A DNA stretch of 64,000 nt from an uncultured virus (IMG/VR IMGVR_UViG_3300037440_000410). Its lineage: Duplodnaviria > Heunggongvirae > Uroviricota > Caudoviricetes. The notes below the pieces were generated by a model. That model did no database searches. It worked only from the letters and a program-made list of their open reading frames with translations, and was not told the DNA's origin. The stretch lies in the IMG/VR virus record IMGVR_UViG_3300037440_000410; one strand, written 5' to 3'. This document shows, piece by piece, positions 36,499-46,680 of this stretch; the stretch's first letter is position 1, and each line of letters starts with the position of its first letter. Made by a program: the position numbers and the translations under genes.

Positions 36499-36951
36499 AT
36501 GACCGAGCCCACCGCCAGCGCGCCGCCCGTCAAGGACTTCAGCCGCCCACACCGGCAACTCCAGTTCCGCATCGACGACGACCTGTTCGAAGCCGCACGC
36601 GCACTGCCCGGGAAAACCCTCGCGCGGTTCGCCGCCCGCTTCTCCGACATCGACGAGAAGACCCCCGTCGACAAGCAGCTCGACGTCTTCACCGAGGCCC
36701 TCGGCATGGTCCTCCTCCCCGAGTCCAACGTCCGCTTCCAAAAGCGGCTGGACGACCTGGAACAGCCCATCGAACTGGAGCAGGCCAGCGACGTCATCAC
36801 CTGGCTCCTGGAGGAGTACGGCCTGCGCCCTACCGAGCCGTCCTCGGAATCGTCCAGTGGGCCGTCCAGCCCGGCATCTGGCACGAACTCGACGGGCGTG
36901 CAGCAGCCGCAGGCTTCGATCCCGGCGACCTTCCAGCCGACCGCTTCCTGA
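36499..36951 (+). CDS. Tail assembly chaperone (short form)
   Basis: Upstream of the tape measure gene; ends WLLEEYGLRPT plus a Ser/Pro tail. Confidence 0.75.
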   Translation: MTEPTASAPPVKDFSRPHRQLQFRIDDDLFEAARALPGKTLARFAARFSDIDEKTPVDKQLDVFTEALGMVLLPESNVRFQKRLDDLEQPIELEQASDVITWLLEEYGLRPTEPSSESSSGPSSPASGTNSTGVQQPQASIPATFQPTAS

Positions 36952-37178
36952 ACTGGATCTACGCCGAAATGGTCCAGCGCCTCAGCGTCCGCGAGAACGA
37001 AAAGCCCGAGACCGCCCGCAAGCGGTTCGACGGGCAACTCTCCGTGCGCGCATGGACCACCCCGGGCACCCGCGACAAGACGCCGGACCAGCGTGACCCG
37101 AAAGCCCCCTACTGGTGGGACGGCGAAGAGGACGCCAGCCAGTCCTTCCTCCGCTCGATGGGGGTGAACCTCACATGA
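36828..37178 (+). CDS. Tail assembly chaperone -1 frame extension
   Basis: The -1 frame is open from CCC TAC (PYRAVLGIVQWAV...RFLNWIYAEMVQR) to the stop overlapping the tape measure ATG. Confidence 0.65.
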   Translation, partial: PYRAVLGIVQWAVQPGIWHELDGRAAAAGFDPGDLPADRFLNWIYAEMVQRLSVRENEKPETARKRFDGQLSVRAWTTPGTRDKTPDQRDPKAPYWWDGEEDASQSFLRSMGVNLT

Positions 37179-39970
37179 GCACCCCCGCAGGCGACGGCCT
37201 CATCGGCGGCGCAAGAATCCGCATCGACGCCGACACCGACCCCGCGCTCCTCGCCCTCAACGGCTTCTCCCGCGACGCGCAGGGCCGCATCCGAGACCTG
37301 CGCGGCCGGTTCGTCGCCGACGGCACCGTCATCACCCGCTCCCTCACCACCGCGGCCGGAGGCGGCAACCGCTTCAGCCTCAGCCTGCGCGGCTTGGCGA
37401 GCGTTGCCGGCAGCGCCGGCGCGGTGCTCGGCCGGGTGGGTCTGGGGCTTGGTGCCGTAGGCGCGGCGGCCGGAACAGCGGCACCCCTGCTCGCAGGGAT
37501 CGTGACTACCCTGCAGAACGTCGCTCCCGCCGGCGCGGTCGCGGTCACCGGAATGCTGGCCGTGACGCAGGCTTCGGCCGCCATCAAGCTAGGCATGATC
37601 GGCGTGGAGGACGCCGTCACCGCCGCGTTCGACACGTCGGAGGACGGGGCTAAAAAGTTTGACGAGGCGCTGAAGAAGCTGGCGCCCAACGCGCGCGCGT
37701 TCGCCCTCCAGGTCCGCGAGTTGCAGCCCGCGTTCCAAAAGTTGCAGCAGGGTGTTCAGAACCGGCTGTTCGCCGGGTTCGCCGGCGAACTCAAGGGCCT
37801 GTCTTCCACCGTGCTGCCGGTGGTGGGGAAGAACCTCAACCAGACCGCGGGCACGCTGAACAAGATGGCGCTCGGCGCCAGTTCAGCTGCCCGCACACTG
37901 GCCACGGACGGCACTCTCGGCAAGGCGATGGCGGGCGCGAACAAGGGCCTGTCCAACCTGCGGACGGTCCCCGGGCAGGTCGTGACCGCGCTGGGCCAGC
38001 TTGCGGCGGCAGGCTCTCCGGCATTCGACAGGCTGACTGCCGGAGCAGCGTCGGTGGCTACGAATGTCAGCGGGCGGCTGTCGAAGGCGTTCAAGTCCGG
38101 GGCGCTGGAGAAGGCTGTCGATACGGCGGTCGGTCTGCTGAAGGATCTGGGCACCGTAGCCGCGAACGTGTTCTCCACTCTCGGAAACATCATGGCTCCG
38201 GTTCAGGCGGCGGGCGGCGGTCTGGTTGGCACGCTGGTGCAGATCACGGGCGCTCTGAAGACGGCGACGGGCACTGAGCAGTTCCAGGCCGCCATCAAGT
38301 CGCTGGCCAACGTCATGGGCACGCTGGCCCGCACGGTGGGGCCGCTGCTCGGGCAGGCGCTGGCCAGTATCGCCCCGATCTTCATTGCGCTCGGTCCGCC
38401 CGTTCAGCGCTTGATCCAAAATTTGGGTGCCGGGCTTTCACCGATCATCGTTGGGCTCGGCCCTGTCCTGGCCGCTGCGGCGGATGCTTTCGGGATCCTC
38501 ATCGACGCCGTGTCCCCTTTGCTGCCGATCGCCGGGAACTTGATCGCGTCACTGCTGCCCCCCTTGGTGCCGCTTCTGACTGCCGTCGGTGACGCCTTCG
38601 CCCAGGCCGGACCCGTCGTTCAAATCCTCGGCAATGCCTTGCAGTCCGCGTTGCAGCCCGTCCTGGCGAAACTGCCTTCCCTGGTCGCGCCGTTGGCTGC
38701 GCACTTCTCGACCATGGCGTCGCAGGTCTTCCCGATCCTGGCCAAGACCGCTCTCGCCCTGGCCCCTTCCCTCCTCCAGATAGGTCAGGCGTTCGGGAAG
38801 GTTGTGGTGGCGTCCGGTCCCCTCGTCGCAGCCCTGTCTCAACTCACCGTGCAGCTGCTGCCCGCGCTGCTGCCCCTGCTCACCCCGCTGATCAACACCG
38901 TTGTTGCCCTGGCGTCCGCGCTCGCAGGACAACTCGCCTCCACCATGACCAACCTGGTCGTCCCCGCCCTACAGCTCGTCACCAACCTCCTGCGCGGAGA
39001 CTTCACCGCAGCCTGGAACTCCCTGAAAACACTGGTCTCCGGAGTCGCCGCACACTTCACCGGCACCCTGTCGAGGATCGCCAGCGTGGTCGGCTCCATC
39101 CTGCGGGGCATCGTCGACCGCTTCACCTGGCTGTACAACGTCCTCATCGGCAACAGCATCATCCCGGATCTGGTGCGCGGCATCCTGTCCTGGTTCGGCC
39201 GTCTGGCCAGCATGATCCTGGCCCCTCTGGAGCGTTTCCGGTCTTTCGTCGTCGACAAGTTCACCGCGGTGGTGAACTGGGCCCGCGGGTTCCCGGGTCG
39301 CATGGTGGCCGCTCTCTCGGCGCTCGGCGGCCAACTCATGTCGCTCGCCAGCAGCGCCCTGTCCCGCTTCCGTAACGCCGTCGTCTCGGGCGGCAACTCG
39401 GCGCTGTCGTGGATACGCGGCCTGCCTGGCCGGGCGCTAAGCGCGCTCGGCAACCTCGGCGGCTACTTGGTCAGTTCCGGGCGTTCGCTGATCAGCGGAT
39501 TCGTGCAGGGCATCCTGAGCAAGATCGGCGATGTGACGAGCGCGGTCGGCAGCGTCGTCAGCAAGGCACGTGATCTCCTCCCCTTCAGCCCCGCGAAGGA
39601 AGGCCCCTTCTCGGGACGCGGATGGACGCTCTACTCCGGGCGTGCGATCAGCGAGTCCATCGCAGAAGGCTTGGTGCAGCGGGCGGCTTTGGTTCAGCGG
39701 GCTGCGGCTGCGGTGGCGCAGTCGGCGCGGGATGCGGTCGCATTGCCAATGTCGGGCAGTTCGGCGTTGTCGGGGCGCTCGGCCGGGGCGTCTCTCGGCT
39801 TGAACACCATGCGGACCTCGGCGGGCGGCGCGCCCACAACAGTGATCCTGAACGTGAACCTGACCAACGCTGGACTGATCGGTTCGCAGCGGGACCTGAA
39901 GAACTGGCTCGTCACATCGCTGGATGAACTGCGCCTGCAAGGACGCCTCCCCACGGGATCCGCCGCATGA
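37175..39970 (+). CDS. Tape measure protein
   Basis: About 930 aa, Ala/Leu/Gly-rich amphipathic repeats; LPFSPAKEGPFSG motif. Confidence 0.9.
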   Translation: MSTPAGDGLIGGARIRIDADTDPALLALNGFSRDAQGRIRDLRGRFVADGTVITRSLTTAAGGGNRFSLSLRGLASVAGSAGAVLGRVGLGLGAVGAAAGTAAPLLAGIVTTLQNVAPAGAVAVTGMLAVTQASAAIKLGMIGVEDAVTAAFDTSEDGAKKFDEALKKLAPNARAFALQVRELQPAFQKLQQGVQNRLFAGFAGELKGLSSTVLPVVGKNLNQTAGTLNKMALGASSAARTLATDGTLGKAMAGANKGLSNLRTVPGQVVTALGQLAAAGSPAFDRLTAGAASVATNVSGRLSKAFKSGALEKAVDTAVGLLKDLGTVAANVFSTLGNIMAPVQAAGGGLVGTLVQITGALKTATGTEQFQAAIKSLANVMGTLARTVGPLLGQALASIAPIFIALGPPVQRLIQNLGAGLSPIIVGLGPVLAAAADAFGILIDAVSPLLPIAGNLIASLLPPLVPLLTAVGDAFAQAGPVVQILGNALQSALQPVLAKLPSLVAPLAAHFSTMASQVFPILAKTALALAPSLLQIGQAFGKVVVASGPLVAALSQLTVQLLPALLPLLTPLINTVVALASALAGQLASTMTNLVVPALQLVTNLLRGDFTAAWNSLKTLVSGVAAHFTGTLSRIASVVGSILRGIVDRFTWLYNVLIGNSIIPDLVRGILSWFGRLASMILAPLERFRSFVVDKFTAVVNWARGFPGRMVAALSALGGQLMSLASSALSRFRNAVVSGGNSALSWIRGLPGRALSALGNLGGYLVSSGRSLISGFVQGILSKIGDVTSAVGSVVSKARDLLPFSPAKEGPFSGRGWTLYSGRAISESIAEGLVQRAALVQRAAAAVAQSARDAVALPMSGSSALSGRSAGASLGLNTMRTSAGGAPTTVILNVNLTNAGLIGSQRDLKNWLVTSLDELRLQGRLPTGSAA

Positions 39971-42168
39971 CCTGGTCCCCGTGCGTGACCGGCGCCGCCT
40001 ACCAGATCGCCGTCGACTGGGCAGCAGACGGAGACTTCATCGACCCATTCGACAACGTCACCGACGACGTCCTGCGCCGCGGCATCAGCATCGCCTACGG
40101 CCGCGACCAGGGACGCCAACTGTCCCCAGGCCGCGTCGGCAGCGCAGCCTTCGTCCTGTGCAACGTGGAACGCCTGTACTCCCCGGAAAACACCGACAGC
40201 AGCCTGTACGGGGACCTGGAACCCGGACGCGAGACCAGCATCCAAGCAACCTTCCAGGGCACCACCTACCCCCTGTTCTACGGGCGCCTCAACGACTTCA
40301 CCGTCAACGCCGACCGCACTAACCGCAGCGTCGACTTCACCGCCCTCGACGGCCTGTCCACCCTCCAAGGCGTCAAAATCTCCACCGCCCTCTACCAGGC
40401 ACTACGCACAGGACAGATCGTCAATCTCATCCTCGACGAAGCCGGATGGCCTGCCGACCGCCGAGACATCGACGCCGGCTCTTCCTTCACGCACTACTGG
40501 TGGGAAGAGGGCACCACCGCGTTCGATGCGCTACAGAAAGCCGTCAACGCCGAAGGCCCGCCGGCGATCGCCTACGTCGCACCGGACGGAACGTTCACCT
40601 TCCGCGACCGGCACCACCGGCTACTGCGCTACGCCTCGCAGCAGCCACAGGCGGTGTTCATCTCCCCCCGGGAGACCTGCCTGACCGTGCAAAGCATCGC
40701 CGGACCCCCCGAGCTCCTTGAGGTATCCGACAGTGATGGCGTCCTGGCGACGCTCACCGTCGGCGCGAAGACCGTCGCCATGCGAGGACCCGAGCGCACG
40801 TTCACCGAGAACAAACGGCCCTTCACCGATGCTTTCACCCGTACCGTCGCCAGCGGCTTCGGCTCCTCCGGCGGCGGCGGCAACTACTCCGTCACCGGAA
40901 CCGCCTCCGACTTCAGCGTCGACGGCGCCGTCGGTGTGGCCAGCCTGCCCACAGCAAACGCCTCCCGCTTCGCCACCATCCTCGACAACCTGACCGACGT
41001 CAACGTCACCAGTACCGTCACCGTCACCACCACCCCGGCCGGGGCAGCCAGCTCGGTAGGCATGGTCTTCGGATACACCGACGTCGACAACAATCTCCGC
41101 GCCCGCCTGAACTTCCTCACCACCGGCGTAGTCCAGCTCATCCTGGAGAAGGAAGTCGCCAACGTCACCACCACGCTGGGCGCGGCAACCACTGTCGGTA
41201 CCGGCTTCACCGGCGGCGAACTGTGGCACATCCGCGCGCAGCGCGCCGCCACCACCATCCGCTGCCGGGCGTGGAAAGACGGCGACGATGAACCCGACAC
41301 GTGGCTGCACTCGGTCACCGAAACCGACAACCCGTCCGGCCGGGTCGGCTTCCGTTTCCTGGCCAGCACGGGCAGCACCGGCCTGCCCCGCGTCTTCAAC
41401 GTGGACAACTTGCAGGTCGTCTCCGGCACCTGGACCACGGTCCCCACCGTCACCCACACCACGTGGGTCCGCGTCCTTGAGGAACCGTTCGACGGGCAGT
41501 GGACGGACGAACTCGCCGATCAGATCCTCAGGTGGAGCATCGACCCGAGCCCTGACGTCCTCGCCCACGCCATGCGCTACATCACCGGCGCGCCCGCCGT
41601 CGTCAACCCGACCCTGGGCGCCCAGGTCGCAGGGCAGTCCAGCTACGGGCCCCTGGACACCGACGGCACCCGCATCGAGGGCGCCGACTTCCACGACTAC
41701 ATGAGTCTCGACTGGACTTTCCCCAACGGCGAATTCCGTGCCGCCGACCCCGACGAGGCTCTCTGCCTGGACTGCTCCGGATTCGTCCGCATGGTGTACG
41801 GCTTCAACATGGATGTCCCCATGGTCTTCGATCAGGACATCGACGGAATCAACCTGCCTCGCCGCACCCTGGACATCGGCCCGTCCGGGCCGGGCGTCAT
41901 CGTCGCTCAAGCAGTCGGTACCGCACCGTCGCTGGCTGCGATCCAGATCGGCGACGTCCCTCACTTCGATGCCACATCCGACGGCGGCAGCTTCGGACAG
42001 ATCGACCACAACGGCATCTATATCGGCGTCGACACCCTCGGCAACATGCGGTTCGTCAACTCCCGGAAGACACCGAACGGTCCGACGTTCGGAGACCTCG
42101 GCGGCGCATCGGTACTCAACGGCAGCGGCACCTACACCACGCGCCTGCGCATCATCCGACGGTTCTGA
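39967..42168 (+). CDS. Minor tail protein with C-terminal NlpC/P60 peptidase
   Basis: Tail-like N-terminus; LDCSGFVRMVYG, IGDVPHF, DHNGIYIG. Confidence 0.8.
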   Translation: MTWSPCVTGAAYQIAVDWAADGDFIDPFDNVTDDVLRRGISIAYGRDQGRQLSPGRVGSAAFVLCNVERLYSPENTDSSLYGDLEPGRETSIQATFQGTTYPLFYGRLNDFTVNADRTNRSVDFTALDGLSTLQGVKISTALYQALRTGQIVNLILDEAGWPADRRDIDAGSSFTHYWWEEGTTAFDALQKAVNAEGPPAIAYVAPDGTFTFRDRHHRLLRYASQQPQAVFISPRETCLTVQSIAGPPELLEVSDSDGVLATLTVGAKTVAMRGPERTFTENKRPFTDAFTRTVASGFGSSGGGGNYSVTGTASDFSVDGAVGVASLPTANASRFATILDNLTDVNVTSTVTVTTTPAGAASSVGMVFGYTDVDNNLRARLNFLTTGVVQLILEKEVANVTTTLGAATTVGTGFTGGELWHIRAQRAATTIRCRAWKDGDDEPDTWLHSVTETDNPSGRVGFRFLASTGSTGLPRVFNVDNLQVVSGTWTTVPTVTHTTWVRVLEEPFDGQWTDELADQILRWSIDPSPDVLAHAMRYITGAPAVVNPTLGAQVAGQSSYGPLDTDGTRIEGADFHDYMSLDWTFPNGEFRAADPDEALCLDCSGFVRMVYGFNMDVPMVFDQDIDGINLPRRTLDIGPSGPGVIVAQAVGTAPSLAAIQIGDVPHFDATSDGGSFGQIDHNGIYIGVDTLGNMRFVNSRKTPNGPTFGDLGGASVLNGSGTYTTRLRIIRRF

Positions 42169-42181
42169 AGGGAGACCGACC

Positions 42182-43057
42182 ATGTCCCTCGACTACACGG
42201 CCCCTTTCATCTACCAGCACGGCTGGCGCGACATCGTCAACGATGTCCTCCAGGACGTGGAACAGCGCGCCCAGAACACCGACCTGTCCGCCGTGTGGAA
42301 CACCGAGTCGCCGTTCTCCATCCTCACCGGCCAAACCGTCGAGATCAAAGCTGTCGCCTCCGATCCGTTCCTTGATGCCGTCGCCCCCACCACCTCGGGC
42401 AGCGAACCCGACATCGTGTACACCGGAACCGGCACCGTATCCGCAACCCTGTCCAGGGACTCCGGCCAGTCGACCATCATCCGCATCACCTCTATCGGCG
42501 GCCCCGCGACCATCCTGTCGATGCAGCTCCGCGCCCGCGCCGTACCCGTCGGCCGGACCATCCAGGTCCGTGAGCAGGACCCCGCGTCGATCACCGTGCA
42601 CGGCCTGCGGACCTATCCGCAGGACATCGTCCTGGCCACCGCCAACGACGTTGAGGCCGTCGCCGAGGTCATCGTCGCCCAGTACGCAAACCGGCGCCCG
42701 CTGGTATCGATGCGGATCGTCGCACAGGACCCCACCCACCTTGAGCAGATCTTCTCCCGCACCCTGTCCGACCTCATCACCATCGGCAACGGCGAGCTGG
42801 GGCTGAGTGCCGGCTTCTATGTCGAGCAGGTCGAGCACACCATCACCCGGATCGACCCGCAGCAGCCCCCCATTCACGAGGTGGTCCTGGGGTGCGAGAA
42901 GGAACGCGACGCCCCGAACAAGAACCCGTTCACGTTCGACAAGTCGGGTGCCGGATTCGATGACGGGTTCTTCGACCCGATCGCAGCCGACGACCCCGAC
43001 ACGATCTGGATCTGGGACACGCAATCGGAGTTCGACGTCCACGAGTTCGGAACCTAG
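42182..43057 (+). CDS. Minor tail protein
   Basis: GGGAG RBS; tail-hub-like C-terminal region FYVEQVEHTI. Confidence 0.7.
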   Translation: MSLDYTAPFIYQHGWRDIVNDVLQDVEQRAQNTDLSAVWNTESPFSILTGQTVEIKAVASDPFLDAVAPTTSGSEPDIVYTGTGTVSATLSRDSGQSTIIRITSIGGPATILSMQLRARAVPVGRTIQVREQDPASITVHGLRTYPQDIVLATANDVEAVAEVIVAQYANRRPLVSMRIVAQDPTHLEQIFSRTLSDLITIGNGELGLSAGFYVEQVEHTITRIDPQQPPIHEVVLGCEKERDAPNKNPFTFDKSGAGFDDGFFDPIAADDPDTIWIWDTQSEFDVHEFGT

Positions 43058-43065
43058 GAGGCCCG

Positions 43066-43434
43066 GTGAACCTGATGACGAATGCTGCTCGCGCCTACGT
43101 CTACAACGGCATGTGGGTGGCGGACTGCCCGGCCTCCTGTGGGGGTGTGGAGCAGCTGTACGAGGCGAAGCGGAAGGGCGGACCGCGTGAGGTGCGGCGC
43201 ACGTTGTTCCACTGCTCGTACTGCCATCACGCGACCAGCAACATCGACTGGCCTGCCGACGGGCAGGAGATCTGGGCCGTGTTGCAGCTGCGGCCCGTCC
43301 CGCACAACCGGAACTGGTACCCGCAAGATCATCCGACCGCCGTGAAGTTCGGGATCGAACACGGGCAGAGCGTCCGAGACCTCCGAAACGAGAACGAAGC
43401 GCACGGCGTGGCCGCGCGCGGAAAGGCAGCGTGA
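43066..43434 (+). CDS. Cys-containing tail-region protein
   Basis: WVADCPASCG...CSYC; AGGAGG RBS. Confidence 0.65.
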   Translation: MNLMTNAARAYVYNGMWVADCPASCGGVEQLYEAKRKGGPREVRRTLFHCSYCHHATSNIDWPADGQEIWAVLQLRPVPHNRNWYPQDHPTAVKFGIEHGQSVRDLRNENEAHGVAARGKAA

Positions 43435-43437
43435 ACC

Positions 43438-43977
43438 GTGGCCTGGATAGCGCCAATGACAGCGGTCGCAAATACGGTATTCACCGCAGCACAGTTCAAC
43501 ACCCACATTCGCGACAACCTGAACGAGACAGCACCGGCGAAAGCCACCACCGCAGGAACCCTGTTCGTCGCGGACGGCGCCAACTCCATCGCCGAACGCG
43601 TCCCGTCGACAGCAGCCGTGACCACTTCCGAGTCGACGGGCGGCACCGGCTACGGCAACCTGGCGACACCCGGACCGGCAGTGACGGTGACCACGGGCAC
43701 GAAAGCAATCGTGATGGTGTCCTCGCTGGTACAGAACTCGACAGTAGGAGAAAACAGCTACGCCTCCTACGCCGTGTCCGGCGCATCCACGATCGCCGCC
43801 ACCGACGACCGTTCCGTACTGATCACAGCCGCGTCCATCAACCAGACGCTGCGCGCATCAGCCGTCTACATGGAGACCGCACTCACCGCCGGATCGAACA
43901 CGTTCACGATGCAATACCGCGTCACGGCTGGTACGGGCTCCTTCCAGAACCGCCGCATCACCGTCATCCCCCTGTGA
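43438..43977 (+). CDS. Minor tail/fibre protein
   Basis: AWIAPMT...AAQFNTHIRDNL N-terminus; Thr/Ser-rich. Confidence 0.65.
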   Translation: MAWIAPMTAVANTVFTAAQFNTHIRDNLNETAPAKATTAGTLFVADGANSIAERVPSTAAVTTSESTGGTGYGNLATPGPAVTVTTGTKAIVMVSSLVQNSTVGENSYASYAVSGASTIAATDDRSVLITAASINQTLRASAVYMETALTAGSNTFTMQYRVTAGTGSFQNRRITVIPL

Positions 43978-43986
43978 GGAGAACCC

Positions 43987-44919
43987 ATGGCCGGAACGGG
44001 ACCGCAGCGCTATCCCAGCGCGTCCACCGCGCACTTCTACCAGGACGATTTCGGCGGCGACCGGATGGAGGTCAACGTCGTCGTCCTGCACACCACGGAG
44101 GGGCGCAGCCTGCCGGATTACGGCGGGGGCGGGAGTGCCCCGAACTTGACTGCGGTGCCGGACTTCGCGGCGAAGAAGCTGAAGTGGTTCCAGCACTTCG
44201 ACATCGACCGCTCCTCCCGCGCGCTCCGCAACCTCGCGGGCGGGGTGACGACGAACACGAACAACGTGGTGCAGGTTGAGTTGGTCGGCACCTGCGACCC
44301 GGCTACCCGCAGCACGTGGGTGAAGGCCGGACTCGTCCAGGACCGCAACTTCGTGTTCTGGCCAAAGGCTCCGGCCTGGGCGCTACGGGACGCGGCCGCT
44401 TTCCTCACGTGGGCGAACAAGCAGCACGGGGTGCCGCTGGTTGGCCCGTCGAAGTGGCCTGCCTACCCGACGTCGTATGCCAATGGGGGCGGGCAGCGCA
44501 TGAGCGGTACCCAGTGGAATGCCTTCAAGGGCGTGTGCGGTCACATGCACGTCCCGGAGAACGACCACGGCGACCCCGGCTCCATCAACTTCCCCGAGCT
44601 GCTCAAGCTCGCCAAGGGCGACGTACCCGTCGCCTCTGCACCGACCGAGGAGGTTCCTGTGGCTCTCACGGACGACGACATCAAGAAGATCGGCCGCCAG
44701 GTCGTGACCGGCGCGAACGGCATGAAGGCGCCCGACGACACGTCGATCGAGTGGGCGCTGTCCAGCTATGTCGGCCTCACCTACAAGACGACCCGCACCA
44801 TCGCGGCGGACCTCGCCGCCGTGAAGAAGAAGGTCGACTCCATCGCGGTCGGCGGCGTCGACGTCGACGCCCTCGCAGAGAAGGTCGCTGACCTCCTCGC
44901 CCAAAGACTTGCCGACTGA
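43987..44919 (+). CDS. Endolysin, N-acetylmuramoyl-L-alanine amidase
   Basis: VVLHTTEG, QVELVG, GHMHVPENDHGDPG zinc-amidase motifs. Confidence 0.88.
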   Translation: MAGTGPQRYPSASTAHFYQDDFGGDRMEVNVVVLHTTEGRSLPDYGGGGSAPNLTAVPDFAAKKLKWFQHFDIDRSSRALRNLAGGVTTNTNNVVQVELVGTCDPATRSTWVKAGLVQDRNFVFWPKAPAWALRDAAAFLTWANKQHGVPLVGPSKWPAYPTSYANGGGQRMSGTQWNAFKGVCGHMHVPENDHGDPGSINFPELLKLAKGDVPVASAPTEEVPVALTDDDIKKIGRQVVTGANGMKAPDDTSIEWALSSYVGLTYKTTRTIAADLAAVKKKVDSIAVGGVDVDALAEKVADLLAQRLAD

Positions 44920-44949
44920 CCATCCCATCCAACAGAAACGAGAACCGTC

Positions 44950-45132
44950 ATGAAGGTCTCCAGCATCGCAAAGTCGATCGTCGCCGGACTGGCCGCAGGC
45001 GCGACCGCCGCCGTCACGGCTGTGCAGGACGGAACGCTCACCACCGGCGAGGGTGTCACTATCGTCCTCGCCGTACTCGGCGCGTGGGGAATCACCTACG
45101 CGGTCCCGAACCAGAAGGACGTGAACGCATGA
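44950..45132 (+). CDS. Holin
   Basis: 60 aa with two TM segments, directly after the lysin. Confidence 0.7.
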   Translation: MKVSSIAKSIVAGLAAGATAAVTAVQDGTLTTGEGVTIVLAVLGAWGITYAVPNQKDVNA

Positions 45133-45380
45133 GCAGCCCACTGGACGGACGCATCCGCGCACTGGCCCGCGACGAAGCCACCATGCTCCTCGCCGGCGCA
45201 TCAGCCGGATACGACGACATAAACACGGACCGGGTGACTGCGCTGGAGGAGGAAGTCACCAGCCTGCGCAACACACTGCTGCGCGCCGAGGCCCGCATCG
45301 GCGCCTTGGAGAAGGCAGCCGGTCAGGCGGAACAGGAGGCGCGGTCGGCCACGCGACGGACCAGGGGGTCGGCCGGGTGA
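45129..45380 (+). CDS. Small coiled-coil protein
   Basis: Coupled to the holin and GT genes; heptad repeats. Confidence 0.6.
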   Translation: MSSPLDGRIRALARDEATMLLAGASAGYDDINTDRVTALEEEVTSLRNTLLRAEARIGALEKAAGQAEQEARSATRRTRGSAG

Positions 45381-46456
45381 AGGTCGTCGTGTACCCGGCC
45401 GATCGCTTCGGGTGCGGTTCGCTTCGCATGATCTGGCCTGGCGAGCAGTGTGCTGCTGACGGGCATGACGTGCGTGTCGTCGGGCAGGATCAGCGGGCGG
45501 TACGTCTGGTCATGGAGCGTGACACGGTCCGTGATGTCCTTGTCGACGGCGTGGACGTCGTCGTGTTGCAGCGGGTCACGCACGCCTACATGGCGCAGGC
45601 TGTCAGCGTTCTCCGGGCGAAGGGCGTCGCGGTGGTGGTCGATGTAGACGATGATCTGTCGGCGATTCATCCCTCGAATCCGGCGTGGGCGATGCATCAT
45701 CCGGGCAATGAGGGCCGGCGGATGGCGGGGGGGCAGGTGAACCGGCATTCGTGGCGCAACCTGGCTATGGCGTGCCGGGACGCCACGCTGGTGACGGTGT
45801 CGACGCCCGCCCTGTTGGATGTGTATGCGCGGCATGGGCGGGGTGTGGTGTTGCCGAACTATTTGCCGGATCACTACTACGGGCTGCCGCGCGCGGATTC
45901 GGATGTGATCGGCTGGCCTGGTTCGTTTCATTCGCATCCGAATGATCCGGAGGCGGTTGGTGGGGCGGTTGCCCGGCTGGTGGATGAGGGTGCCGAGTTT
46001 GTGATGCGTGGGGATCCGTCGGGTGCGGGGAAGGCGTTTGGTCTGGGGGCGGATCCTGCGGGTGGTGGGGTGCCGATCGAGGAGTGGCCGCGCGCGGTCG
46101 CCGAGCTGGGGGTGGGGATCGCGCCGTTGGCCGATACTCGCTTCAACAGCTGCAAATCGTGGCTCAAAATTTTGGAGCTCTCAGCGTGCGGGGTGCCGTG
46201 GGTGGCGTCGCCGCGCGCCGAGTACGTACGCCTGCACAGGATGGGTGCGGGTGTCCTCGCCGACCGGCCGCGCTCCTGGTATCGGGAGTTGAAGCGGCTG
46301 CGGGAGTCGGCTGCGCTGCGGGCCGAGTTGTCGGAGGCGGGGCGTGCGGTGGCGGAACAGCTCCGGTTGTCGCAGCATGCGTGGCGGTGGCAGGAGGCTT
46401 GGGGGCGGGCGTACGAGATGCAGCAGGCTACGCCGAAGGCAGCGGCCCTGGCGTAA
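45377..46456 (+). CDS. Glycosyltransferase, GT-B fold (GT4-like)
   Basis: VVVLQR, DVDDDL, VTVSTPAL, GIAPL...FNSCKSWLKILE...GVPWVAS. Confidence 0.85.
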   Translation: MKVVVYPADRFGCGSLRMIWPGEQCAADGHDVRVVGQDQRAVRLVMERDTVRDVLVDGVDVVVLQRVTHAYMAQAVSVLRAKGVAVVVDVDDDLSAIHPSNPAWAMHHPGNEGRRMAGGQVNRHSWRNLAMACRDATLVTVSTPALLDVYARHGRGVVLPNYLPDHYYGLPRADSDVIGWPGSFHSHPNDPEAVGGAVARLVDEGAEFVMRGDPSGAGKAFGLGADPAGGGVPIEEWPRAVAELGVGIAPLADTRFNSCKSWLKILELSACGVPWVASPRAEYVRLHRMGAGVLADRPRSWYRELKRLRESAALRAELSEAGRAVAEQLRLSQHAWRWQEAWGRAYEMQQATPKAAALA

Positions 46457-46680
46457 CCTGAGGACGCTGGCACCCTCTAGCCGACGGAGACACTCAATGG
46501 CTTGGACAGAACCCCGGTGGTCTAACTGCCACCACCTCGTCGTTCGTCCGGACGCGCGTACGTCTGAAGAGGACGAGTGTGGATGTCCCGCGACTGAGAC
46601 GCCGTGGCCGATGCAGGGTCTTCGGGACGACATGAGGCAGTTGTCTGAACGCCTTCGATCGGCAGCTCAGTAGCTTTCTG

